Source of the DNA: an uncultured virus (IMG/VR IMGVR_UViG_3300035145_003630)
Lineage: Duplodnaviria; Heunggongvirae; Uroviricota; Caudoviricetes
DNA length: 64,000 bases
IMG/VR virus record: IMGVR_UViG_3300035145_003630
Reading direction: 5' to 3' (one strand)
Shown: positions 1 to 9,126 of the stretch, piece by piece
How the letters are laid out: each line of letters begins with the position of its first letter
Numbering within the stretch: the first letter of the stretch is position 1
The notes under the pieces: model-generated
What the model was told of the DNA's origin: nothing
The model's input: only the letters and a program-made list of their open reading frames with translations
Database searches by the model: none
Program-made: the position numbers and the translations under genes

Positions 1-32
1 GAGTTATCGTTCACCCCGAAGTCTATTACGAA

Positions 33-407
33 ATGGATACTTATACAGGTAATCCACTTAGCGGAATTGATAGGAAGATTACAAAGGAAGTTAATGATGT
101 TTTGAAATATCTTGGACCGAGCCAAAAACAGGTAAGTATATTCGTTATTGATGATGAATGGACCGAACTGAGTGAGTTGATGAAGAAATTCTTGAAGAGT
201 GAATATACCCCTGAAAGATATAGAGATAGTCTCGGAGTTCGTAGTAAAAAGTATAAGGTCGTTAGTAAAGATAATAATACCATTGTGGTTGAGACCGACG
301 CCGATGCCGATTTATTGAACGGTGAATTAAAAGATAATGTCATGGACTATTTATCTAACAACATGAACCTAAACTCCGATTGGCAAATCATATTTAAGAA
401 CAGATAA
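33..407 (+). CDS. hypothetical protein (may start upstream of window); paralog of 419..1030
   Basis: ORF; shares KY(L/M)G and C-terminal DYLSNNMN..QI.F motif with next ORF. Confidence 0.7.
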   Translation: MDTYTGNPLSGIDRKITKEVNDVLKYLGPSQKQVSIFVIDDEWTELSELMKKFLKSEYTPERYRDSLGVRSKKYKVVSKDNNTIVVETDADADLLNGELKDNVMDYLSNNMNLNSDWQIIFKNR

Positions 408-418
408 AGAGTTGAACC

Positions 419-1030
419 ATGAGTGATAATTTGGACATACAACAAATTAATAAGTTCTTGGATAAGTTCGTAAGAGGTGTCTATGGTGTGGATATGTATA
501 TCGCCAATAGCCGCTACGCGGGTACCGTTCCTCACATTATCATTTACCCTTATAAGTTCTTAAAGAATAGTCCTGAGTATGACCCATCTTTTATTGAACT
601 AACGAACAAGACTAAGGCAGAGAAAATATTCAGTGACACCATGAAATATATGGGTGTTGATGCCGAAAAAAGATTTAATGACAACTTAATTTATACCGTC
701 TCTAAAAACTTGGGAAGTTATTTGGAGAAGTATATTAAAGACGTTGAATACTTAACTCCTATGTTCTTTGAATCTGATTACCTACCTGAGGAATACAGAG
801 GTAGAGTTAAAGATACTAATGTGAAATACCGTAACATATGGTTTCGTGGCGGATTTAATTCTCATTATGAAGTTGATAGGTATATTGAACCAAATCTTGG
901 TGTAGGATTTCAGGTAACTAAAGAAGCCGAATCATTCCTTAGTGCTTTTGAAGATGAGTTTAAGGACTATTTATCTAATAACATGAACGTGGATGACCAA
1001 ATCCATATTTTCTTTAACGATTTTAAGTAG
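419..1030 (+). CDS. hypothetical phage protein
   Basis: 203-aa ORF; shares DYLSNNMN motif with upstream ORF. Confidence 0.8.
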   Translation: MSDNLDIQQINKFLDKFVRGVYGVDMYIANSRYAGTVPHIIIYPYKFLKNSPEYDPSFIELTNKTKAEKIFSDTMKYMGVDAEKRFNDNLIYTVSKNLGSYLEKYIKDVEYLTPMFFESDYLPEEYRGRVKDTNVKYRNIWFRGGFNSHYEVDRYIEPNLGVGFQVTKEAESFLSAFEDEFKDYLSNNMNVDDQIHIFFNDFK

Positions 1031-1032
1031 TT

Positions 1033-1437
1033 ATGAAAAAACAATACCTAATTACTCGTGAACAATTGGACCGTGTGGTGGCCAACTATCTTGATGAAAA
1101 GATGAGAGGTGGTCGTGTTAAGACCATTAGAAACCAATTCTCTAAAGGTAGTTTGTTAAATGCGTTTCTCACTGCAGGTAATGAACCACTGTTCATCCTT
1201 TTTGAATATGAAGGAAGTTTTGATTATGATGATAATGATGGTCCAAGAAATGTATTATCTATTAGTGAGGACCTTGTGGATATGTTGAGTAAACTTGTCG
1301 GTATCAGAAAACACAAAGCCATGGACATCATCTCTGATTGGTTTGAGGAAACTTATGATTTTGATTTTGTAAAAGTTGAAACGAGTAAATCCCCTGAAAA
1401 AACTGTGAAGGGATGGGAAGATTACATTTCTCGCTGA
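1033..1437 (+). CDS. hypothetical phage protein
   Basis: 134-aa ORF tightly packed after previous; N-terminal LITREQL motif. Confidence 0.75.
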   Translation: MKKQYLITREQLDRVVANYLDEKMRGGRVKTIRNQFSKGSLLNAFLTAGNEPLFILFEYEGSFDYDDNDGPRNVLSISEDLVDMLSKLVGIRKHKAMDIISDWFEETYDFDFVKVETSKSPEKTVKGWEDYISR

Positions 1438-1476
1438 TGGTGGCTGGCACTTAATCCCCAACCCCTTTTTTCTTAA

Positions 1477-2217
1477 TTATAGAAGTTTTAAGTCCAACTC
1501 TTCGGCTCTGTCCATCCACGTTTGATATATCTTATCTCTGACATCAGCATCAATACTGTATGTATCCATAAAGTCATCAAACAAATCTCTGAATGGTATT
1601 CTTAACTTCTTGGACTTTAAGTTGAATCCCATTAAGAATGCATCAACCTCAAAATCTGAGGTGAAATAATCGTAGATGGTAGCCTCTCCACTATCCATCT
1701 TATCCCATAGGTCCCAATCTACTTCTACCTTCTGACCTTTTCTACGATTGATACCATCCTGTAACAGATGTTCCAATTCGTGACGTAACAACATCTTCAG
1801 GTCTATGGATAATCTTTGCCAGTTCACGTCCACAGGGAGTGTAAACTCTAACATAATGAAGTTAATGTCTTTGTACTTACCTTCCTCATCTTCACCCTCA
1901 GGAGAGTTCGCCCCTTCGGCTTGGTAGGTATCTTCACTGATGGTAATCATGGTGTTTAACCAAAACTTAAGGAATGGGTGGATGATGGTAACATCTTGCC
2001 CCCATAAGGTATCACCTTCTTGACCAATAACATCCATGATGTTTATCTGAGGTCCTTCGGTGTTTCCGTTTCTAAAGTCTTCTACTGCTTGTGGGAACTT
2101 ATCCTTAATCTCCCTGAATATCTGATTGGTAACACGATTGATGAAGGAATAATGCTTACTCTCGGTAACCAATCCCATCATAGATTTCATGCGTGATATT
2201 TCAGTTAATAATGACAT
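1477..2217 (-). CDS. hypothetical protein with HExxH (zincin-like) motif
   Basis: RHELEH motif plus downstream EVDAF; TATTTATA directly upstream. Confidence 0.65.
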   Translation of the reverse strand: MSLLTEISRMKSMMGLVTESKHYSFINRVTNQIFREIKDKFPQAVEDFRNGNTEGPQINIMDVIGQEGDTLWGQDVTIIHPFLKFWLNTMITISEDTYQAEGANSPEGEDEEGKYKDINFIMLEFTLPVDVNWQRLSIDLKMLLRHELEHLLQDGINRRKGQKVEVDWDLWDKMDSGEATIYDYFTSDFEVDAFLMGFNLKSKKLRIPFRDLFDDFMDTYSIDADVRDKIYQTWMDRAEELDLKLL

Positions 2218-2239
2218 ATCTTATAAATACATCATTATC

Positions 2240-2809
2240 TTAGTTTCCGTTAATCACATCATTAACAATGTTATCATGTGAATATGTCTTATCCTTTTGA
2301 CGTGCGTAGTATTTACCGTAACTAATTAGTTGACCACTCATATCGGGAAGTTCTATGGTTTGTTTGATACCTTTTTCTGTTACTTCACGAACCTCATCAA
2401 CCCATGCATTACCATCACCCTTAAGTTCTTTGATACCATTTTGAATAACACCATCAACATAATCACTCCCGAAGTTCATCAATGTGCGAGTACCTTTCAC
2501 CCCATTTTGAATAGTATCTTCAACTGATTGCTTCTCATTGGCTATATCGCATTTGGTGTCTTTCACCCCATTTTGAATGATATTTTCAACCCACTCGGTG
2601 ATATAGTGTTGATTTTCAACAACGTCCAAAGAGACATACTTCAGACAATCACCGAAAAAGTATGAGTTATACCATAGAATACCATATCTATCCAACTCAA
2701 TAACCCATTTCTGTTCATCGGTGAATATTAACCACATACTTCCGTTGTGGTAATATGTGTCCACCCCTTCGGTGAAGGTATCAAATATTTTGAATATTGT
2801 TTCTTTCAT
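2240..2809 (-). CDS. hypothetical protein with internal IQNG(V/I)K repeats
   Basis: 189-aa ORF; repeated IQNGVK/IQNGIK units. Confidence 0.75.
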   Translation of the reverse strand: MKETIFKIFDTFTEGVDTYYHNGSMWLIFTDEQKWVIELDRYGILWYNSYFFGDCLKYVSLDVVENQHYITEWVENIIQNGVKDTKCDIANEKQSVEDTIQNGVKGTRTLMNFGSDYVDGVIQNGIKELKGDGNAWVDEVREVTEKGIKQTIELPDMSGQLISYGKYYARQKDKTYSHDNIVNDVINGN

Positions 2810-2810
2810 C

Positions 2811-3077
2811 TTAATTACCCTTCTCTAAGAATTCTACTTTAACTTTGAGTGCCGATAACTCCTGTTTCACCTCCATAAGTGAATTGATACATTCGTCTTT
2901 ATCAGCTTCAAGTTGTTTTACTCTTTCACGTAAGTCATCTCTGTAGACATTGTGTTGGTCCATCGTTTCAGTTCTTTGTTTGGCTTTAGTCTTAACCACA
3001 TAGGTATAAAACTTCCACGCTCCCGCTCCGAATATACAGGTAAGTAATGTCGTTATAATTGTAGTCCAATCCATCAT
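2811..3077 (-). CDS. small protein, one N-terminal TM helix plus coiled coil
   Basis: hydrophobic N-terminus then heptad-rich YRDDLRERVKQLE segment. Confidence 0.7.
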   Translation of the reverse strand: MMDWTTIITTLLTCIFGAGAWKFYTYVVKTKAKQRTETMDQHNVYRDDLRERVKQLEADKDECINSLMEVKQELSALKVKVEFLEKGN

Positions 3078-3550
3078 TTATTGGTATTTAAGTATAATCT
3101 TTTTTTCATCATTTGAAATAAAACCCAAGCCCAAACTATTGGCCACCATAACTCCCCTATCATAACTAATGAGTAATATTCTGTAAATGACAACTCAACA
3201 AGACCAAATAGGGTTTTACCAAAATAAATAAAATCATCTATTATAAAAAGTATACCTATAATAACTTTGGGAATTAGTAATTTAACCAATACATTTTCCT
3301 TGTGTAAAAACAATATGATAAAGACCGAAAGTAAGGTGTAAACTAAATAAATCCATTCAGTAAGAATTCCACTACCAAAATAGAATAAATCAAAATACTT
3401 TGTGTAGTTTGATTCTTCATCACCCACACCAGGGTTGTGCATCCATACATTTAGCTGTGATATTATGTCATACACAGCCAAAAAGAAAAGCATTGGTTGG
3501 TAATCGTAGTAGGTTAGGATATCCTTTATTCGTTTGAAATATTTTCTCAT
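3074..3550 (-). CDS. multi-pass membrane protein
   Basis: about 4 hydrophobic segments; start set at ATG 3550; N-terminus resembles 8177..8680. Confidence 0.7.
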   Translation of the reverse strand: MRKYFKRIKDILTYYDYQPMLFFLAVYDIISQLNVWMHNPGVGDEESNYTKYFDLFYFGSGILTEWIYLVYTLLSVFIILFLHKENVLVKLLIPKVIIGILFIIDDFIYFGKTLFGLVELSFTEYYSLVMIGELWWPIVWAWVLFQMMKKRLYLNTNK

Positions 3551-3551
3551 C

Positions 3552-3971
3552 TTAATTACAAAGGTCTGCTGACTCAACTGTTACACTTCCCCACACTTCA
3601 TCCACCAAATAGATGTCCACATTCTTTCTGTCAGCGTAGTAGGATTTCTTATACATTCCGTCCTTATCCAATCCTGACCACTCCAAATAGTTTACATAAC
3701 ATTCTTCAAATGATGACATATCTTTGATTTGCTCGTCCAAAAGGAAATGGTGAGCCCCATAGACCTTTCTACCGTAACCGTCCTTCTCAATCACGCAGGA
3801 GAAGGTATAGAGATAGTTTTTATTCGCTTTGTAAGTATTCTCACATGAAGTCAACCACAATACCGTATAAATCAAAAGTGAAAACTTCATCCCATACCAT
3901 ATCGCAGCCAACCACCAATATCTCTTTATGAAAGACTGAATCTTATTTATAAATCTTTTAATCATTGTCAA
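3552..3971 (-). CDS. hypothetical membrane/lipoprotein-like protein
   Basis: hydrophobic stretch ending LTSC (lipobox-like). Confidence 0.6.
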   Translation of the reverse strand: MTMIKRFINKIQSFIKRYWWLAAIWYGMKFSLLIYTVLWLTSCENTYKANKNYLYTFSCVIEKDGYGRKVYGAHHFLLDEQIKDMSSFEECYVNYLEWSGLDKDGMYKKSYYADRKNVDIYLVDEVWGSVTVESADLCN

Positions 3972-6012
3972 TAACCGTTAGGTTTCCATAATAATTTGTG
4001 TTATCTGTTCCCTTCCACAATTCCAATACATAGAAGTAAACACCGTCAGACACATTTCCACCATCCCAATCGTTTTGGTAGTCCTCGCTCTGATATACAA
4101 TTGTACCCCATCTGTTGTAGATTGTCAACTTTTTGATATCATATAAGTCAATATACCTAATCTCTAAGATATCATTCATTCCATCACCATTCGGTGTCAT
4201 CACATTTGGTACCACAATAATCGGTGGTTCAGGTTGGAAACAGGTTGTGTAATTACTCTCAGAAGTATCAACACCATTTGTAGTCACCACTTTGAAAATA
4301 TTATTCCCCACCTGTAATGTATCAAAATACCCACAGTATGTAGTATCAGTTATTGGTGACGGTAATAGTTTTTTCCACCCACCATTTATCTGAACCATAA
4401 TATCGTATTGTGCACTATCCCAACCATTGTAACTGTTCCAATTGAAACACAATGTATCACAACTACCATCCGTTTGTAACAGTATAGAGTGAACATCTCT
4501 TGTGGTGTCCATATCAAACGAATTATAAACCATATACACTTTATAGTTGTAACTTTGGTTGTCCACAAATGTAGCAGAGAAATCATCATAGAATAACTTA
4601 TCAGGATTGAATACATTACCCACTGACTGCCAACCCAAATCTTCACGTAGAATTACATATCTTTCAAATTGGTCTTTGAAGAATGTTGTAGTATCTACCG
4701 ACCATTGGACCTGAGGATGATTATCATTGATGACTGTAACGTTTTCTAATTCCATTACTAAGTTCACACAATCGTCAACATTGATAACCAATGTATCAAA
4801 TTCATCCATCGCAATACCACATTTGTTTAGGATAGTATTACCATCGTTACCCACTTTGGAATATAGGTAATACTTTCCATTCACCGCCAATGGTCTGTTC
4901 AATACAATGGTTAAAGAATCTGTCTCACCATTCACATTACAGTTACCAATAATGTTTTTGATTGCCCACGGCTGACCCGTTGGTGAAGTCATCCTGAAGT
5001 CTGTCCCATCAGGTGAAATAGAATAACAATCCAATTTGATATCCAAATAAATGGTCACCGCAGTATCTCCACAATCGTAATCCACTGTCGGTAATCCTGT
5101 GATTGTATCTATGTAATGACCTGGCGCGTCAAAGTCCAAACCAACACCATCCATCACCGCAGGAGCACATGTTGCTTCAATCTGAATCATCATATCTCTT
5201 GATGCCGTTCCCACCAAATTCCATACACCATACAAACTATCATACCTATATTCCTTTACCAACACTGAAGCAACATCAATCTCTTGCATCGTCGGTAAGA
5301 AGTTGATAAGACCTGTTGCAGGGTCCAAATTAAAATACGATGATGTAATAGGTTGTGATGCTGACCATCCTGCATCAAAGTTAATATCTGTACCAGGATA
5401 GTTACCTTCTCTACACTTAATCATTGAAAAGGCAATGGAGTCACCATCATTCTCAATAACCGTCTGTTTCCAATTGAATGGATTGTTTACACAGAACGCT
5501 CTTACTGGCTCAGAGACAAAGATAGGTGATGAGTTCTGACCCATTGTATTATTTAACTTTGCATCAAAGTAAAACCCGTCAGAACCAAATCCATTGGAAG
5601 TATTAATGTTATCAATACCACCAGGTCTACAACATTGTTGCCACCAAAACGTAAAATCATTACAGTTACCTGGCAAAGTGACAATCCCTTTATAGGCATA
5701 AATCTCCAAAGTCTTTGTGGTTGAAGATGGGACCACACAATCAAACAATGTCGGAGCAATACCACCTGAACCCGCCATCAATGTTACCGTTAAGCTCTGT
5801 TGGGTATAACAAGACGAGTTAATATACACCGTCTGAGTGTTTCCCATGGGAATTCCTGAGTTATCTCTATATATGCGGAGTAAGACCTCATATTGACGAG
5901 CAACGTTCGTAGAATCACCGATATAACGGTATTGGATATCTCCACCCGAAAGGTGAGAACCCATCATTCCAAATGAAATAAGGAATAAGAATAAAGTTAG
6001 AAACTGTTTCAT
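3958..6012 (-). CDS. secreted protein with gliding-motility-associated C-terminal (CHU_C, T9SS type B) sorting domain
   Basis: signal peptide, N-terminal SHLSGGDI, C-terminal VPNVMTPNGDGMND...IYNRWG...WDG...GVYFY. Confidence 0.85.
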   Translation of the reverse strand: MKQFLTLFLFLISFGMMGSHLSGGDIQYRYIGDSTNVARQYEVLLRIYRDNSGIPMGNTQTVYINSSCYTQQSLTVTLMAGSGGIAPTLFDCVVPSSTTKTLEIYAYKGIVTLPGNCNDFTFWWQQCCRPGGIDNINTSNGFGSDGFYFDAKLNNTMGQNSSPIFVSEPVRAFCVNNPFNWKQTVIENDGDSIAFSMIKCREGNYPGTDINFDAGWSASQPITSSYFNLDPATGLINFLPTMQEIDVASVLVKEYRYDSLYGVWNLVGTASRDMMIQIEATCAPAVMDGVGLDFDAPGHYIDTITGLPTVDYDCGDTAVTIYLDIKLDCYSISPDGTDFRMTSPTGQPWAIKNIIGNCNVNGETDSLTIVLNRPLAVNGKYYLYSKVGNDGNTILNKCGIAMDEFDTLVINVDDCVNLVMELENVTVINDNHPQVQWSVDTTTFFKDQFERYVILREDLGWQSVGNVFNPDKLFYDDFSATFVDNQSYNYKVYMVYNSFDMDTTRDVHSILLQTDGSCDTLCFNWNSYNGWDSAQYDIMVQINGGWKKLLPSPITDTTYCGYFDTLQVGNNIFKVVTTNGVDTSESNYTTCFQPEPPIIVVPNVMTPNGDGMNDILEIRYIDLYDIKKLTIYNRWGTIVYQSEDYQNDWDGGNVSDGVYFYVLELWKGTDNTNYYGNLTVIDND

Positions 6013-6016
6013 GTTG

Positions 6017-6838
6017 TTAAAGTTTTAATCCCACACCCATACCGACACCTAATCTACCATCGTAACGGAGTTGAGAAATGATTTCCACGTATTCCCAATG
6101 GTATAAGAACCCACCACGAATACTCATGTTTATCTGTCTTTGTTCATTGATGAGGTATATACCATTTTGGTTAAGTGAAGACAACACATAAAACTCATCA
6201 TAGTACGCATCATACTTCTTCCTTGAAGTAATACCAGCAGTCACAAATGGTGAAAACCTATCTATCGTTCTACCAGCACCAATAGAGAAGTCACCTTTGA
6301 CTTCAACACCACCAGCACTTTCATCACCCCAATCTTCCACTTCCCACGTAGCAATATTATCGTAGTATGGATAGATAAGTGGTAAGGTTAAATGGTATTG
6401 AATAATCATAAACGATTCACCACCAGTAATAATGTATGGTGACATCTGACTTTGGAACATATCTCTTTCTACTAAAACACCCAAAGATAATCGTGTCGGA
6501 TTTTTTGGATTACTACGGACCAAATCATTATTAGTTGTCATGATATAATCTCGGTTGTCCCATCTACGACGAGTATTCCAATACGGATAATATCCAATAT
6601 CATATGGATTGTAATAATACGGTGTTCTATATCTGTCGTTCCAAATACCATCGTTATAACCATTGTTGTACCCATTCTGATACCCTTGATTATAGTTGTT
6701 ATTATTATTTACAGTGGTAGTGGTGGAAGAGTTTTTTGTCTCCACCTTTTGAATCTTTTGGTCTCGCTCACTTTGAGCAAAAGTGGTGTGTGTAAAAAAC
6801 ACACATACCACTATCAGTAATAATTTTCTCATATACAT
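6017..6838 (-). CDS. exported protein, probable outer-membrane beta-barrel C-terminus
   Basis: signal peptide, Y/N-rich low-complexity segment, alternating beta-strands ending GMGVGLKL. Confidence 0.6.
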   Translation of the reverse strand: MYMRKLLLIVVCVFFTHTTFAQSERDQKIQKVETKNSSTTTTVNNNNNYNQGYQNGYNNGYNDGIWNDRYRTPYYYNPYDIGYYPYWNTRRRWDNRDYIMTTNNDLVRSNPKNPTRLSLGVLVERDMFQSQMSPYIITGGESFMIIQYHLTLPLIYPYYDNIATWEVEDWGDESAGGVEVKGDFSIGAGRTIDRFSPFVTAGITSRKKYDAYYDEFYVLSSLNQNGIYLINEQRQINMSIRGGFLYHWEYVEIISQLRYDGRLGVGMGVGLKL

Positions 6839-6844
6839 TTGTTT

Positions 6845-6922
6845 TTAATCTTCAGAGAACGTAGGCTCAGCATATACATTGGCGTCGTAAAAGTCTACGA
6901 AGTCTTCAAATTGGTCATCCAT
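6845..6922 (-). CDS. possible 25-aa acidic peptide (MDDQFEDFVDFYDANVYAEPTFSED)
   Basis: manual translation; fills the gap between terminator and 6017..6838. Confidence 0.35.
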   Translation of the reverse strand: MDDQFEDFVDFYDANVYAEPTFSED

Positions 6923-6959
6923 AATAATAAGTAGTTTATATTAAACGGTAAAGATAATA

Positions 6960-6986
6960 AAAAACCCCCACATTTCTGTGAGGGTT
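6960..6986 (-). terminator. intrinsic terminator ending the rhodopsin/kinase operon; identical to 10729..10755
   Basis: minus strand CCCTCACA-GAAA-TGTGGGGG followed by T-tract. Confidence 0.8.
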
Positions 6987-7005
6987 ATCTTTTAATTTAT
7001 TTTAA

Positions 7006-7599
7006 TTACTCCTTACTTTCAGATGCATATTTCACACCCATGATAGTTCCGACAATACTAAATGAGTTGGTAAGTAATATACCAAATAGATTGGACCACG
7101 TAGATTCCAATATTGGATTTTCCTGTCCACTTACCAAAGTATAAGCAAACAAACAAGTCGTAATCAGACCGACACCTAAGATAACCCATAACGCAACCTG
7201 AACAATCTTACCGATGAGTTGGAATTGTTTCTTTTTCTGCATCAAATCCAAGTCCTCCAAAGCCTTTTCCTTACCTTGTTCCGCCTCTTTTCTCAATGAT
7301 TCTGCAAGCTGCTCAGCGTTTTTAGCCTCATCCAAAGCCTCTTGAAGTTCAATCATCAAAGCATCATTTTCTTGTTGTTTTGCAACCAAGTCTTTGTTTT
7401 GTGATTGAACCTGTTTTGTTACCTGAAGACGTTTCTTTCTGGCAGTGACGTCTCTATCCTTACAAACTTTTAGATAATCTTGAAATTCTTTGTCACCCCT
7501 ATCCGCCTTGAGAACCTTTAATATATTTCCTTCCAAATATATTTTCTTCTCTTTGGCTAAAGTTAATAATACTTCTTTTACTTCAGGGGTTACTTTCAT
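7006..7599 (-). CDS. coiled-coil protein with two C-terminal TM helices
   Basis: long heptad region then two hydrophobic segments; ATGA overlap with rhodopsin gene. Confidence 0.8.
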   Translation of the reverse strand: MKVTPEVKEVLLTLAKEKKIYLEGNILKVLKADRGDKEFQDYLKVCKDRDVTARKKRLQVTKQVQSQNKDLVAKQQENDALMIELQEALDEAKNAEQLAESLRKEAEQGKEKALEDLDLMQKKKQFQLIGKIVQVALWVILGVGLITTCLFAYTLVSGQENPILESTWSNLFGILLTNSFSIVGTIMGVKYASESKE

Positions 7600-8177
7600 T
7601 TTTCATATTTGGTGTGGATGTATATTGCCACACCTAATTTAGCGGTTAAATCGACGATTGAATACAATACAATGGTTAGTAAAGAATCAGTCATAAAGTA
7701 TACGATAGGATAAAACATCCATAAAGTTAATACTCCAATATAAAAATTTAACTGTTCTTTCTTAATTCCATTCGCCAAACTCACGAAAGTATATATCGAA
7801 AACATGGTACCTATCAAACCACCAAAAAGTTTAGGTATAATGGATGCCTCACCCAAGAAACCAAATAATAACATTCCCAACATACAAGAAATTGACATTA
7901 ACAATGTTCCAATTTTTCTAAATTTAGGTTTTAAGAATGTATACATCTGATATATTAATATTGGAACAGTAAAAGTCCAATCCATATATCTCCATGTTCT
8001 AAGGTTTGTGGTATCATCCAAACCAAATATGTGTGACATATACATATACGTTAAACCTGCTATCAATAGAATCATCGCAGATAACTTACTCTGAAGTGAG
8101 TTGAACGAATTATATCCAAAATACAAACCTCCACCTAAAAATAATAAAGAGGTTGAGAACAAAATTTCACTAACCAT
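7596..8177 (-). CDS. microbial (type-1) rhodopsin, short, DTQ helix-C motif
   Basis: 7 hydrophobic helices; WRYMDWTFTVP (helix C), MLLFGFLGE (D), WMFYPIVY (F), DLTAK retinal-binding Lys (G). Confidence 0.88.
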   Translation of the reverse strand: MVSEILFSTSLLFLGGGLYFGYNSFNSLQSKLSAMILLIAGLTYMYMSHIFGLDDTTNLRTWRYMDWTFTVPILIYQMYTFLKPKFRKIGTLLMSISCMLGMLLFGFLGEASIIPKLFGGLIGTMFSIYTFVSLANGIKKEQLNFYIGVLTLWMFYPIVYFMTDSLLTIVLYSIVDLTAKLGVAIYIHTKYEK

Positions 8178-8680
8178 TACTCGTAATCTTTTAATCTATC
8201 GTTTAATTTTATATTTTCCATTCTGAGGTTAAAATTATCCTCTTGTTGTTGTTTGATTTTATCTTCCAAATCTTCTCTATACATTTTTGAGATATCGTCT
8301 TTGATTTTATCTTGTCTCTTAGATGCGATTTTTTGATTGATTCTTCTGATGTTACTCAAAGCACTGATAGCAATTACAACCCAACCCCAATTCATGTGAC
8401 TCCACGTGTTTGGGTCATAATCATAAAAGTGAATCACCACGAATAATATAGAAATAATACCATATAGATATCCAAATAGCTTTCTTCTCTCTAAACTACT
8501 ATACACCACTGAGTATAACGTACCAAACCCAATGAAAGAACTCATGATTCCAATATACCAAAGACTGGGGTTTTCCATCATCAATACCGCAGGGGCAAAG
8601 ATGAACCATATCAGACCTTGAATAATTTCGGTGGGTTCTGAATCATGGTAAGTTAATATGTGTAGTAATTTTTTTATCAT
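8177..8680 (-). CDS. 4-TM membrane protein with C-terminal coiled coil
   Basis: hydrophobic segments then YREDLEDKIKQ; overlaps rhodopsin start by one base. Confidence 0.75.
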   Translation of the reverse strand: MIKKLLHILTYHDSEPTEIIQGLIWFIFAPAVLMMENPSLWYIGIMSSFIGFGTLYSVVYSSLERRKLFGYLYGIISILFVVIHFYDYDPNTWSHMNWGWVVIAISALSNIRRINQKIASKRQDKIKDDISKMYREDLEDKIKQQQEDNFNLRMENIKLNDRLKDYE

Positions 8681-9118
8681 TTACTTATAAACTTTGAATG
8701 GATTTGTTTTATTTTTATACCCTTCATAATCATCTCTGAATTCTTCTAATCGTGGTTCAATATCATCAGACTTTATAATCCAAAACTGAGCACCAGCTTT
8801 CTTCGCCTTTTCAATTTCTTGGTTATCATCTGATGAGGATATGATTCCAATAACACATCCGTTTCCGTATTCATGGTTTATCTTGTCTACCATTTCAATC
8901 CCATTGAATGAAGAACCTATAATGTTTAAGTCAACGAATACACACTCAGGACGTTCGTGATTTACGTCATCAGGAAACCATTCCTTGAATTTTTTATCTG
9001 CTTCATCTGAAGAGTTTAGTGCCTCTAATGAAAGAGTTATATCTAAGATACTACATGCATCTTCGAAGACCAAGTGGAATAGGTCTTCATCATCAATTAA
9101 CATAAGTGAATTAATCAT
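8681..9118 (-). CDS. single-domain response regulator (receiver)
   Basis: LIDDED acidic pocket, VFVDLN phospho-Asp, IISSS, IIKS Lys; no output domain. Confidence 0.9.
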   Translation of the reverse strand: MINSLMLIDDEDLFHLVFEDACSILDITLSLEALNSSDEADKKFKEWFPDDVNHERPECVFVDLNIIGSSFNGIEMVDKINHEYGNGCVIGIISSSDDNQEIEKAKKAGAQFWIIKSDDIEPRLEEFRDDYEGYKNKTNPFKVYK

Positions 9119-9126
9119 GTCTATTT

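Noticed and set aside
7596..8177. Heliorhodopsin or schizorhodopsin
   Set aside because: Helix C RYxDW with Asp85 and helix G DxxxK are type-1 features. Heliorhodopsin signatures are absent, and schizorhodopsins lack Asp at position 85.
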